Source: Octopus sinensis (taxonomy: Eukaryota). From it: 21,961 nucleotides of DNA. Below, piece by piece: positions 9,942 to 21,094 of the stretch. How positions within the stretch are numbered: the stretch's first letter is position 1; every line of letters starts with the position of its first letter. The stretch spans positions 1 through 21,961 of the forward strand of contig NW_021823576.1 in NCBI RefSeq assembly GCF_006345805.1, given 5' to 3'. The notes beneath the pieces were generated by a model. It was not told the origin of the DNA, made no database searches, and worked only from the letters and a program-made list of their open reading frames with translations. The translations under genes and the position numbers were made by a program.

Positions 9942-10290
9942 CTCTAACATTGGCGCAAATTTTTGTGGGAGGGTATAGTCTATTAAACCGACCTTTCAAC
10001 ACTTGAGATTAACTTTATTTTATCGACCTCGGAAGGAAGAAAGGTAAAGATCATTTTGGCGGAATTTGAACTCAAAACGTAAAGAGCCATAACTATCCAA
10101 TGCAAGAGTTTTTATTTGACGCTCTAATGGTTTTATTAGCCACACACCTTAAATAATAACTGTTGCTAACACAAAGCGAAAAATTTAGGCGAGTATAGGT
10201 TATCGATTATATAGATCTCAGTACTTAATTTGTACTTTATTTATGGACCCAGAAGAATGAAAAGTAAATTTGACCTGAATCGGGATTTGT
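9942..10290 (-). mobile_element. Two tandem degenerate SINE-C copies
   Basis: TTTTATCGACCTCGGAAGGAAGAAAGGTAAAG...GGCGGAATTTGAACTC, followed by a second ATCGATTATATAGATCTCAGTAC...GAATGAAAAGTAAATTTGACC. Confidence 0.7.
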
Positions 10291-10329
10291 TCCGAAAGGC
10301 GAATTTTTTTTATACTGAAGATGATACGA

Positions 10330-10895
10330 TGTAGTTATGCACCAAGGCTGTAGCATCGGCATGCGGTCCTAGACGATGAGCAAGTGTAGCTATCTTTGGC
10401 TAAACACGTTGTTTTCTTCATAGTTCGTTTCTTTCACTGACCTATAGTCCTTGGTCAAACGAATAGCGTGACTGGGCATGAAGTATTTGGATTATTGTCA
10501 AGCACCCATAATTCTCCACGCATCATACCATGTGATCGGTGGACTATCAATTCTTCAATTCTGTAGAGAGTTAATAACAAGTAAAATTATGGTCAGTAGG
10601 ATACTCTGGCTATTAATAAAGGTAAACTTTGTAACTTTTTCCGAGGGATTTTCATGTTGATAATTATGAACAACTTCTACTGGGGTGGGTGAGGAAGAGT
10701 TTTGCTCAAATGTTCGGGCCGAGAGAAAAATATCCCTGAAGAGTCGAGTGAAGTACCTATATCGCATCCATCATCTACTACCACACGACAGATGAAAGAT
10801 CATGATCGAAGTTGCTGCAGGTCAATTTCAGGTCGCACTGTTTGCAGAAGGCGATGACTGGAAGGTGGTCAGAGCCCTTGGATAGCCTTATCCTG
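10330..10895 (-). pseudogene. Decayed LINE ORF2 fragment (end of APE domain plus linker), a different family from the Tx1
   Basis: The minus strand encodes GSDHLPVIA (SDHLPV at 10856-10873), an APE C-terminal motif. Downstream are weaker linker-like segments (WMRYR, PPITWYD, KKTTCLAKDSY) with stops. Confidence 0.4.
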
Positions 10896-11029
10896 CCTAA
10901 ATGATGGTTTCTCAATACTCTATGAGTGATTTGGCCTTATTTGTATTAAATTTTAGGACAAAATCTTTTTAACCTACTATAATGTATTGTATAAGACTTT
11001 AGCCGGGCTTCTCACCATTTATTATACAC

Positions 11030-11143
11030 ACACAGACATACGTACATACATACGTACATACATACATATATACATACATACATACATACGTACGTACGTA
11101 CGTACATACATACATACATACATACATACATACATACATACAA
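11030..11143. repeat. (CATA/CGTA)n microsatellite
   Basis: Visible tandem tract. Confidence 0.95.
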
Positions 11144-11144
11144 C

Positions 11145-11560
11145 AGCCACCAAGTGAAGACACAACCGGTCAGATACTGTTGTATGAGACAACTAGTAAA
11201 ATATATTACTGTGGAAACCAGCTGCTCCCTGGACGCCAATGTTGTTAGAAAATACAGAAGAAATAGGACACTGTGGGATCATAGATAAAGAGTTTGTAAA
11301 TCCAGTACCCAAAATACACTTTCAGCTTTATGGCTGTTATTATTGGAACATCAGGTTAGATATAAACCCGTTTGGAGCAATTCATGGCTGAACTTGGATA
11401 CTTGGGGAGAGAAAGCTATTCTTCATATGCTACAAGTGGTCAAGATGTCTGAGAATTTCTTAAGATTTAAAGGGTGATAGACAAAAGAACATGCTTTCTT
11501 TCACAGCTTTGCTAAAGTACAGGTGGCCGGTCATAGTTAACTCAGAATTAAGAAGAGGTA
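11145..11560 (+). pseudogene. Decayed 3' end of an RLE-type (R4/Dong/NeSL-like) non-LTR retrotransposon
   Basis: Across frameshifts and stops it reads HNRSD(TVV), YITVETSCSLDANV, KIQKK*DTVGS*IKSL*IQYPKYTFSFMAVIIGTSG and VVKMSENFLRF. This follows the order of the RLE C-terminal pattern HNRPD...E(I/V)SCP(L/A)D.NV..K..EK...Y..L...YP.Y.F..IPIIIGALG, recalled from memory. Confidence 0.65.
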
Positions 11561-11565
11561 AATGA

Positions 11566-11689
11566 TAGATATACATATATATACATACATTCATACATAC
11601 ATACATACATACATACATACATACATACATACATACATACATACATACATACATACATAAATACATACATAGATACATACATTCATACA

Positions 11690-11723
<34 letters not shown>

Positions 11724-11956
11724 CACACACATATAAAATGTACATATACATATATTTATATGTATATCGATGTAATCGATGTACACATTTTGTAAACTTA
11801 TACATACATGCAATATATACATATGCATGTACACATACACACAGATACATATATAGATACATGTGTATATATATATATATATATATACACGAATATATAT
11901 ATATTTATACATATATATATATGTACATATATGTGTATATATATGTACATAATACA

Positions 11957-11987
<31 letters not shown>

Positions 11988-12150
11988 CTATCGATGTATA
12001 AATTTTGTAACCCATTGGTATGACGCATTTTGCATTGTAAGGGCTTTTGTGGCCAACAAAGGACTGCTGTTGTTGTTATTATTGTTATTGTTGTTGTTAT
12101 TATTATTATTTATATTTATTATTATTACTATTATTATCATTATATTTTTT
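11566..12150. repeat. (CATA)n/(TA)n compound microsatellites plus (TTG/TTA)n tract
   Basis: Visible tandem tracts. Confidence 0.9.
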
Positions 12151-12717
12151 ATCGTTATTTTTGTCCACATCATACTCGTCATCTTTAGCATTTCATATTT
12201 TATGATTTATTTTTTTCTAAAAAAAAAAAAAAAACAACCCCTTTCGTTGTCGTAGTTGGTTACTTTTGAAGAATCTCGGGAGGGTTAGTAGTAGTGGGGT
12301 GAGAGATTCGAAATATAAGAATTTATCAAAGAACAGAAATCAGTTTCAGCGTACTCATGAGTATAAGCTGAGAGTGGGAAGGAGGGAACGATGGAACGAA
12401 TGAATCTTTTGGTAAAAATTTATTTTGTAATTGGGGATTTTAATGGAGGAAAAAGGGGAGAGAAATAGTGTTAATAAAAATAAAAATAAAAATAATAATA
12501 ATGATGAAAAAATTGACGGAAACCCATAAAAACATCATGAAAAAAATATAGCTGTAAAAAAAAAGTTGTAAAATACTATATAGACAAAATAGGTAAATTT
12601 GACCCCGCAAAAAACATACCAAAAGAGAAAAAAAAACAAAGAGCATAAACTGAAGGCAAACCCTTAATAAAAAATATTAACTCTCCTTAAATAAACCTCA
12701 GTTTATGAGTAGATGGT

Positions 12718-12831
12718 ATATATCGGTGTGGAATATATGTATGTACGTATGTAAGCATATATGTATGAATTTACGTATATATGCATATATATGTATACAA
12801 ATATATATGTATGTAATTATGTATAAATATG

Positions 12832-12905
<74 letters not shown>

Positions 12906-12919
12906 TACATATATGTATG

Positions 12920-12966
<47 letters not shown>

Positions 12967-13075
12967 TATATTTATATGTATTTATATATGTATATATGCA
13001 CGCATACGAACGTAGTACCCACATGAACACACATACGTACATGAATGTATGTATGTATGTAAGTGTGTGTGTGTG
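12718..13075. repeat. (TA)n/(TATG)n compound microsatellite
   Basis: Visible tandem tracts. Confidence 0.92.
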
Positions 13076-13292
13076 GTGTTTGCAGGTGTGGCTTATGGTG
13101 GTTTCACAGTATTTTGAATTGCAATTAAGCGAAAAAAAAACGTACTAAAAAATGTTAGCTAGAGGCGATTAAACATTATTTTATTGCAAACTGTGTACAC
13201 GTGAATCAGTACTCTGAGTTTGTCGTTTCTAGTCCACGCACACGCGTTACCATGACCACAACCACCAGCCTCCTCTTCCTCCGCCTCCTCCT

Positions 13293-13530
13293 TGTTTTAA
13301 TGTCTACTTTTCCCATGCTGGTGCGAGTAGGACAGAATCTGTTGTGGCAGATTTTCTACAGGCCGGATGCCCTTCCTGTCGCCAACCCTCCCCTGTTTCC
13401 CGGCAAGATAATATCTCTCCATGGCCAGACATATTTTTGCAGGATATTGGAAATGAATGATACTGCTTGTGTGACAGTGACACTTATTGATAACTATCAT
13501 GTGATGCATAGACAAGGAGACATAAACATT
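13293..13530. mobile_element. Interspersed retroposon-like repeat, unclassified
   Basis: Contains TTTTCTACAGGCCGGATGCCCTTCCTGTCGCCAACC, a motif I recall from invertebrate retroposon repeats. Single copy in this window. Confidence 0.45.
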
Positions 13531-13650
13531 ACCATTCATACACACTAATATACGTAATACAAAGACACACACACACTCACACACATACACACACTCACAC
13601 AATATACACACTCACATATAGATGCATATACACATGTAGATACATACAGC

Positions 13651-13798
13651 GTTACTCATTTTTGCCAGCTGAGTGGACTGGAGCAACGTGAAATGAAGTG
13701 TTTTGCTCAATAACGCAATGCGTCGCCCGGTCAAGGAATCGAAACCCCACTCTTACGATCATGATGCTGACACCCTAACCACTAATCCACGCGCCTCC
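13651..13798 (-). mobile_element. SINE-B head plus core
   Basis: Reverse complement reads GGAGGCGCGTGGATTAGTGGTTAG (A box), GGTTTCGATTCC (B box), then AACACTTCATTTCACGTTGCTCCAGTCCACTCAGCTGGCAAAAATGAGTAAC. Confidence 0.82.
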
Positions 13799-13813
13799 GC
13801 AATAACCCACTTT

Positions 13814-13845
13814 GGTCGCAGTATAATGACTGAAACAAGTAAAAT
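13814..13845 (+). mobile_element. SINE-A 3'-tail fragment
   Basis: GGTCGCAGTATAATGACTGAAACAAGTAAAA versus GGCTGCAGTCAAATGACTGAAACAAGTAAAA near 15743-15773. Confidence 0.65.
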
Positions 13846-14239
13846 ATCGCTTGAAGAATCAACAAAGTTTTGATGACAATTTACGAACGCCTGTCTTTTC
13901 TTGGTAGTCAAGAAAAAGAAGTCTAGGTAAACGAAATACCTCATAAATATATCTTTGCATTCGTCGAAATCATTAGATCTTGTCTTACATTTAACACGCA
14001 AACTTTGCTTTCTAATTTAATTGCGATTGACTTTGCGTATCGTTCGTTGTTTAATATACTTTAGTTTTAATCGGTGAGCTTTTCTCCGAACAAAAATCCT
14101 CTTCAGCGACTGAACTGACTATAATAATTCATTGGTAATTCTTAATTATCATCAACTTAATGAGATAGCCAACATATAATGCGAATCATTAGTTTTCAAC
14201 TAATAATACTTTACACTTTACTTACACTTGAATACATGG

Positions 14240-14626
14240 ACTCAAGCATATAACATACACACACACACACACATACACATGTACATACATACATACATAC
14301 ATACATGTATATATATATATACATATAAATATATATACATACACAATATATATATATACACACACACACGCATATATGTATCTATATATGCATGTGTACG
14401 TTATACTATATACATATGTGTATGTGTGTGTGTATGTGTGTGTGTGTGTGTTTGTCTAGGCGGAGGTGGTGGTGAAATGACTGCTGTGTGTGGCATGACT
14501 GATGGGTATAGTAATCAACTAGAAATGAATAATTACTAATGGGGAGGGAATAAAGGTGGCGGGGAGGGACAATGGTAAAGATAGATAAATAAATAAATAT
14601 ATATATATATATATATATACACACAG

Positions 14627-14697
<71 letters not shown>

Positions 14698-14877
14698 CAA
14701 CTGAAGTGATGTGCAACAATTTACCCAGCAACCATACTTTATTAACAGAACTTGTTTCACTGACATCGCCGTGAAGCCATCTTGAAACCTTATGGTAAGG
14801 AACACGTAGCAAAGTACGCACGTTTACTTATCCACGCATGCGCACACGCATATATATATATTATATAATATATATAT

Positions 14878-14913
<36 letters not shown>

Positions 14914-15290
14914 ATATATATATACAAACACACGCATACACACACAAATACGCGCGCGCGCAAACACACTCACACACACACATATATATATATGTGTGTG
15001 TGTATGTATGTATGTATGTATGTATGTATACAAACACAAAATTACTCACAATACACATGTACACACAAATAAACATACGCATTTACACTCATTCACACAT
15101 ACACGCATGTACTTACACATATATAAATGCACTGGTATACACTCACACACACATATACACGCACTCACATACACGCACACGCACTCACACACACACGTGC
15201 GCGTGCACCCAGAAACAGTCGCATATATTTGTCTACAGCTTTGGTCTAACGCAGATACACGCACACACAGACATATACTGAAAACGCATA
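14240..15290. repeat. Microsatellite-rich block: (CA)n, (TA)n, (GA)n, (TATG)n
   Basis: Visible tracts with two short non-repetitive islands (~14460-14580 and ~14696-14830). Confidence 0.9.
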
Positions 15291-15388
15291 TACAGGCTAG
15301 TAAATATTGTCGTTGCTGAAGGATTGCCAATCTGCTAGAAGTACTAATTCTTTCTTAAATTTAATCACAATTATTTAAAAAATTATTA

Positions 15389-15776
15389 GGGGCAGGAGTG
15401 GCTGTGTGGTAAGTAGCTTGCTTACCAACCACATGGTTCTGGGTTCAGTCCCACTGCATGGCATCTTAGGCAAGTGTCTTCTACTATAGCCTCGGGCCGA
15501 CCAAAGCCTTGTGAGTGGATCGGGTAGACGGAAACTGAAAGAAGCCCGTCGTACATATGTATATGTATATATATGTGTGTGTCCTGTGTTTGTCCCCCCA
15601 ACATCGCTTGACAACCGATGCTGGTGTGTTTACGTCCCCGTAACTTAGCGGTTCGGCAAAAGAGACCGATAGAATAAGTACTAGGCTTACAAAGAATAAA
15701 TCCTGGGATCGATTTGCTCGTCTAAAGGCGGTGCTCCAGCATGGCTGCAGTCAAATGACTGAAACAAGTAAAAGAG
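15389..15776 (+). mobile_element. SINE-A, full-length reference copy with internal (TA/TG)n
   Basis: A box TGGCTGTGTGG (15399-15409), B box GGTTCAGTCCC (15442-15452), internal microsatellite after AAGAAGCCCGTCG, tail ...GACTGAAACAAGTAAAAGAG. Confidence 0.88.
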
Positions 15777-16440
15777 GGGATATTGGATAATATTTATACT
15801 ACAGATACGATAGCAACAAAAACAAAACAAAACAACAACAACAACACAAACCAAACAAAAGAAACAAAACAAGAATTTAGTGAGTAATGATAGTTTGGAT
15901 CCGTTTATTTTAGGTTTTCCTGATCGAGAAATGTCATGGAATTTCAGACAAAATTGTCGCTCTCGTGATTTGAACTCAGAATGTAAACGGACAACCTTGA
16001 TAACCATAATAATTTTGAGAGCAAAGACACATAATCTAGTTGATTTAACCGAGTATATTCTGTGGCTAGAGCTTATCTTATTAATTCTGAGAAGAAGAAA
16101 AAAAATATTTTTTTACGATCCATGTTTAAATTCTTAAGCGGGATTTGAACGTGGATTGTATAAAGACAATGCAAATGAATTATGTGAGGCATTGTGTCCG
16201 AGTCTTTTCTGATTCAACCAATCAACTGCTCTTAGTAAGAACTATTTCTAAAGAGGGGCACAATGCCAGGACTTGTGAAAAGGGGCTAATCCATTAAATC
16301 AACTCTGCTATTTGACGGATATTTTATCCCATATCCGGAGAATTTGCCGTAAGAAACTGCGCCGTTCAGGAAAAATTGGCCGTAAGACAAATTCACCGTA
16401 TGGACAATTTTAAAGTGTCTTATTAATTTATTCTTTTATT

Positions 16441-16644
16441 CTTTTACTTGTTTCAGTCATTTGACTGCGGCCATGCTGGAGCACCGCCTTAAAGGGTTTT
16501 AGCTGAAGCAATTGAAACCAGGACTTATTCTTTGTAAGCTTAGTACTTATTTTATCGTTTTTTTATCGAACAGATAAGTTACATAAACGTCAACACACCA
16601 ACATCGACGTAGACACACCAAGCGATGGTGGAAGGACAAATACA

Positions 16645-16690
<46 letters not shown>

Positions 16691-16824
16691 TAAATATATA
16701 TATATATGTATATACGACGGGTGTCTTTCAGTTTCCGTCTACCAAATCCACTCACAAGGCTTTGGTCAGCCCGAGGTGTCACGCAGTGGGACTGAACCCG
16801 GAACCATGTGGTTGGGAGAAAAGC
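16441..16824 (-). mobile_element. SINE-A, 5' end missing, with a 26-bp internal deletion
   Basis: 16441-16490 is 49/50 identical to the reverse complement of 15725-15774. Has the internal (CA)n(TA)n. The deletion in the head has AGG microhomology. Confidence 0.88.
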
Positions 16825-16984
16825 AAATGATAAACGGTTTTATAAAAGCATTAAATTAGCAAGTCTTTATTCACCGACCCCCCTCAAAAAAGAAACAATA
16901 AAAAAGTGATGAGGTCATTAACGAAACTTCTTACGGCGATTTTTTCCTGCGGCAAAAAATGTTCACGGCGAAATTTCCTATAAT

Positions 16985-18038
16985 CATTTTATTTTATCGA
17001 CCTAAGAAGAATGAAAGGCATTCTTTCATCAGTAGTATTTGAAGTCAACGTAAAAGCCCGTAACTAAATGCCACAGAGTATTTTATCCGAAGATCTAAGG
17101 TTTCTACTCATTCACTGCCTTAAATATAGCAAACAGCTATAATGATAATTATTATATGTAAATTTAACACATGATCTGAAATTACATCGATCCCAGTGCT
17201 CAGCTGGTATTAATTTTATCGAACTCGAAAGGTTGAAAGGTTAAAAGGCAGAGTTGACCGCGCCGCTATTTGAACTCGGAAAGCAAAGCCAGTAAATCTA
17301 CTGCTAAACATTTTGTTCGGCGTGCTAACGGTTCTGCCAGCTCGCCGCCTTAACCGCTGCGTTAATGATAATAATACTTTCTACTATAGGCACAAGGCCT
17401 GAAATTTCGGGGGAAGGGGCTAAATCGATTACATCGACCCCGGTGCTCAATTGGTATTTATTTTATCGACCCCGAAAGGATGAAAGTCGACCTCGGCGGA
17501 ATTTGAACTCAGAACGTAAAGACATACGAAATGCCGCTAAGTATTCGCCCGGTGTGCTAACGTTTCAACCAGCTCGCCGGATTATTAATAGTGGTTTCAA
17601 ATTTTGCCAAAAGGGCAGCAGTTTTGGGGAAGGGGATGAGTCGATTATATCGACCCCAGTGTTCAACTGGTACTTATTTTATCGACCTCGAAAGGATGAA
17701 AGGTAAAGTCGACTTCGCCGGAATTTGAAATCAGAACGTAGCGACGGGCCAAATACCGGTAGCATTTCGTCCAGCGGGCTAACGATTCTGCCAGCTCGTC
17801 GCCTTATAGTTATATCAATATTGAATTCAAATTTTGGCACGAGGCCAGCAATTTCGAAGGGTGCAGGTAAATCGATCACACCGATGCCAGTGCTAAACTG
17901 GAACTTATTTTATCGACCTCGAAAGGATGAAAGGCAAAGACGACCTCGGCGAAATTTGAACTCGGAGCGTAAAGACATGTGTAATGCGGCTAAGCATTCT
18001 GCCCAGGCATGCTGACGGTTCTGTTAGCTCTCCACCTT
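16985..18038 (-). mobile_element. Head-to-tail array of five SINE-C copies
   Basis: Units end at about 17121, 17351, 17580, 17805 and 18038. The shared core is TTTTATCGACC(C/T)CGAAAGGATGAAAG...GAATTTGAACTC...GCTAACG..TCTGCCAGCTCGCCGCCTT; on the minus strand it carries A box TGGCAGAA and B box GAGTTCAAATTCC. Confidence 0.88.
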
Positions 18039-18114
18039 ATATTCATATTGGAAATAACTTCATATGCACAACAGATACTGGAATAAATATCTGTGTATAT
18101 GATTCTCTCCAGAG

Positions 18115-18483
<369 letters not shown>

Positions 18484-19174
18484 TGGCAAGTATTCTGCCT
18501 ATAACACATTTACGCAAACACGCACATATATAAATACACAATACGCAGGCATACATAAATACACAAGACACAGACATACAGTCAAATAGAAAGACTCACA
18601 AACACACACACACACACACACACATACACACACGCACACGCACATACCACAAATGCACACAATAATAATAACAACACCGACACGTCTTAAGATATGGGTC
18701 AGGTAGTCTGACAGCTGCGTAGATAAGAAAAGAGAGAGAGAAAGCGAGGAAAAGAGAGCTGGTGATTGGTTTGGCATTGAATAAACGTTTGTATGAAATT
18801 TAAGACATCTTATTAACATCGGTTTTGAAGCAGCCCGCCCGAAGACAATATTGAATATCAGTTAGAAACGGTTTAAATCAAAGCGTTATTCATTAGAATG
18901 TTAATGCGAGTACAGACAATTAAGTCCAGATTGACATAAATATAAAGTTAATAGCACCAGCAGTAAAGTGGGTTGTTTGAAATATAACGTCACTCGACGA
19001 GTGAGAAATCTACTTATCTGAGAAATGATGACTTATTGTTGTTGTTGTTGTTGTTGTTGCTGCTTAACCCTAGTTTAGTCTGATTGAGCAGGCATATCTA
19101 TGATTAAAATTGTGCCGTGTATGACCATCTTGTCTTGTTTAATTGTTCCGACAAGTAGGAGAGTAATGGCGTAT

Positions 19175-19550
19175 GATGAATTGTGGTTAGGTTGTTTGCA
19201 CTCACGATCGAGATATCATGGTTTCAATTCCCGAATCGGGCGGTGCGTTATATTCTTTGAGCAAAACACTTCGTTTGGATCTTTTCTTTTTGAAGGCCAG
19301 ATTTTCCTAGTTAACTAAACAATTTTGCTTTCAATTTTGTTTACAATAATGTTTTCTTTTGACACATTCTACCAGTATACGAAGTTTCAAATTTTTTAGT
19401 TAACTAGGAAAATCTGGCCTTCAAAAAGAAAAGATCCCTTCGTTTCATGTTGGATACTGCTACAACGGACTGGGCAATCCTTTCGGGGTTAAATGTTGTG
19501 ATCTCGGTCACTTATACTCCATGGAAACCGGCTAACCGGTTCTGTGAGTC
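19175..19550 (+). mobile_element. SINE-B (tail type 2) interrupted by a MITE
   Basis: Head GTGGTTAGG...GGTTTCAATTCC...GAGCAAAACACTTCGTTT resumes after the insert as CATGTTG...CAACGGACTGGGCAATCC...TATACTCCATGGAAACCGG. Confidence 0.72.
19277..19437. mobile_element. 161-bp MITE with perfect 43-bp TIRs and an 8-bp TSD (Merlin-compatible)
   Basis: TIR GGATCTTTTCTTTTTGAAGGCCAGATTTTCCTAGTTAACTAAA at 19277-19319, with its exact reverse complement at 19395-19437. TSD CTTCGTTT at 19269-19276 and 19438-19445. Confidence 0.92.
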
Positions 19551-19644
19551 ATAAGGTTCCTACTACAAGTAGGAAAGTGCAGCGCTTATGACATATTTTC
19601 TCAGTGCCTCCTACATAAGAACACGGATCTTAAAAAGACTAAAA

Positions 19645-19858
19645 ATAAATTTGGGCACTGGGTCAGCAGTTCCTGAGGTGATGGGGAAACCGATTACATC
19701 CACCCTCCAGTACTTCCCTGGTACATATTCTATAGACCCCGGAAAAATTAAAGGCAAAGTCGACGTCGGCGGAATTTGAACTGAAAAGATAAAGACAGAC
19801 GAAATATTGCTAAGCATTTTGCCCAACGCGCTAACGGCTCAGCCAACTCGCCACTTTA
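19645..19858 (-). mobile_element. SINE-C solo copy
   Basis: AAAGGCAAAGTCGACGTCGGCGGAATTTGAACTG...GCTAAGCATTTTGCCC...GCTAACGG...CCAACTCGCCAC. Confidence 0.82.
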
Positions 19859-20099
19859 CTATAATTAAATGATGTGAGACGCTTTGTCTGATTCTGTTAC
19901 GATTCTACCAATTCACGGCTTCTAGTAATAATTGTTTCTAAGAAATTTTGACTTAGTGTTGTTCTTATTGTATAACCCTAGGTCAGTCTGGAAGGAAGAT
20001 ATCAGGCCCAGATACTTACAACAAGTAACAGCTTTAAACCATCCAAGAATTCAGAACATGAAGAGCCCGAACTGTTATTGCAGAGTTTTTGTCCACATT

Positions 20100-20251
20100 G
20101 CAGCATTGATACTTTATTTTAATGATCCGGAAAAAGTGAAAAGCAAGGTTGATATCGGTGGAATTTGAAATCAGATCGCTGTATTCTTTTATATGTTTCA
20201 ATCTTGAGGTTTCGGCCATGCTGGGGCACCACCATTGTGCTGGGGCACCAC
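20100..20251 (-). mobile_element. SINE-C remnant (20100-20176) plus SINE-A tail remnant with a local duplication (20180-20251)
   Basis: GGTGGAATTTGAAATCAGA, then CGGCCATGCTGGGGCACCACC followed by a second GCTGGGGCACCACC. Confidence 0.6.
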
Positions 20252-20254
20252 CAT

Positions 20255-20555
20255 ATATATGTATAATTGTAAGATCCAGAGGATCTGCTAGCTAGAAAAC
20301 ATATGTAACCTGGTTTTACCTGTTCCACTCCCTCAATATATATACCTTTCTGAACTACTAATCCCTACACATTTTCCCCTCTATCCATGTTTTTATATAT
20401 CTCTCCCCATTTCCCCCCTCTCAATCCTTTCTATTGATGAGCGTAGGCACGAAACGTCAAAGACTTTTCCATTCTTCCCGAGCGTTACACTAATACACTT
20501 ATTTGTTCTTTCACTCGTCTTCGTATTTTGCTTTCCGTAAATTTGAACTATATAT
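20255..20555 (+). mobile_element. Probable Penelope-like terminal-repeat remnant with a hammerhead-like core at 20434-20458
   Basis: TTGATGA-GCGTAGGCAC-GAAACGTC matches the CUGANGA..GAAA..UH layout except at C3, and the segment ends at (TA)n. Confidence 0.45.
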
Positions 20556-20608
20556 AAATACATACATACATAGATACCTACAAACACACACACACACACA
20601 CATATGCA

Positions 20609-21026
20609 TACGAAGTGCATCCTAAAAGTATCTGACTATAGTTTTCCTCGCCAAAACTAATGCCACGCGGCTCAAATCATTTGGGAGGGTTTTGGCGCCA
20701 ATCCTTTTGCCCATGCGTGAAAATTTTTGCGCCGGTAGACCGCGTCAGATACCGGCTGTTACACTTAGAGTTTAGACACAGTGTGCATTCGTGGGATTTT
20801 CATTTTCATCGAACACATCGAACAAATATTGCATTAAGTTTTGCCAAAAGCTTAGTGATACTCAAGCTCAAACCACCTAGAAGATTCAGCAGGCCTCTGG
20901 CAATGATGCCATGAGCAAAACTTACATCAAGGAGCGGTACAACAGCTTCAAACATGACCACAACTCAGTGGAGAGTGAGGCACACCTAGGCGTGCCACCC
21001 ACAAGCCGAAGTGAGGGGACGATTTT
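20609..21026 (+). mobile_element. Mariner DNA transposon 5' remnant (TIR plus N-terminal HTH of the transposase)
   Basis: TA followed by CGAAGTGCATCCTAAAAGTATCTGACT is mariner TIR-like. Translation from ~20827 gives YCIKFCQKLSDTQAQTT*KIQQASGNDAMSKTYIKERYNSFKHDHNSVESEAHLGVPPTSR, matching the mariner N-terminal pattern IKFC.KLG....ET...Q.AFG.DAMS.....EW..RFK.G..SVE...RSGRP.TS. Confidence 0.85.
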
Positions 21027-21094
21027 ATATTATATATATGTACGGAAGTATAGATGGAAGTATATATATAAAAAAAAAAATGAACAAAGTTCCT

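Noticed and set aside
15389-15470. SINE heads as real tRNA genes
   Set aside because: They have A and B boxes but no complete cloverleaf, and they continue into shared SINE bodies.
16985-18038. CRISPR-like or coding interpretation of the regularly spaced repeats (ORFs 17365-17706, 17725-18015)
   Set aside because: The units are long, diverged SINEs with Pol III boxes in a eukaryotic context. There are no unique spacers or cas genes.
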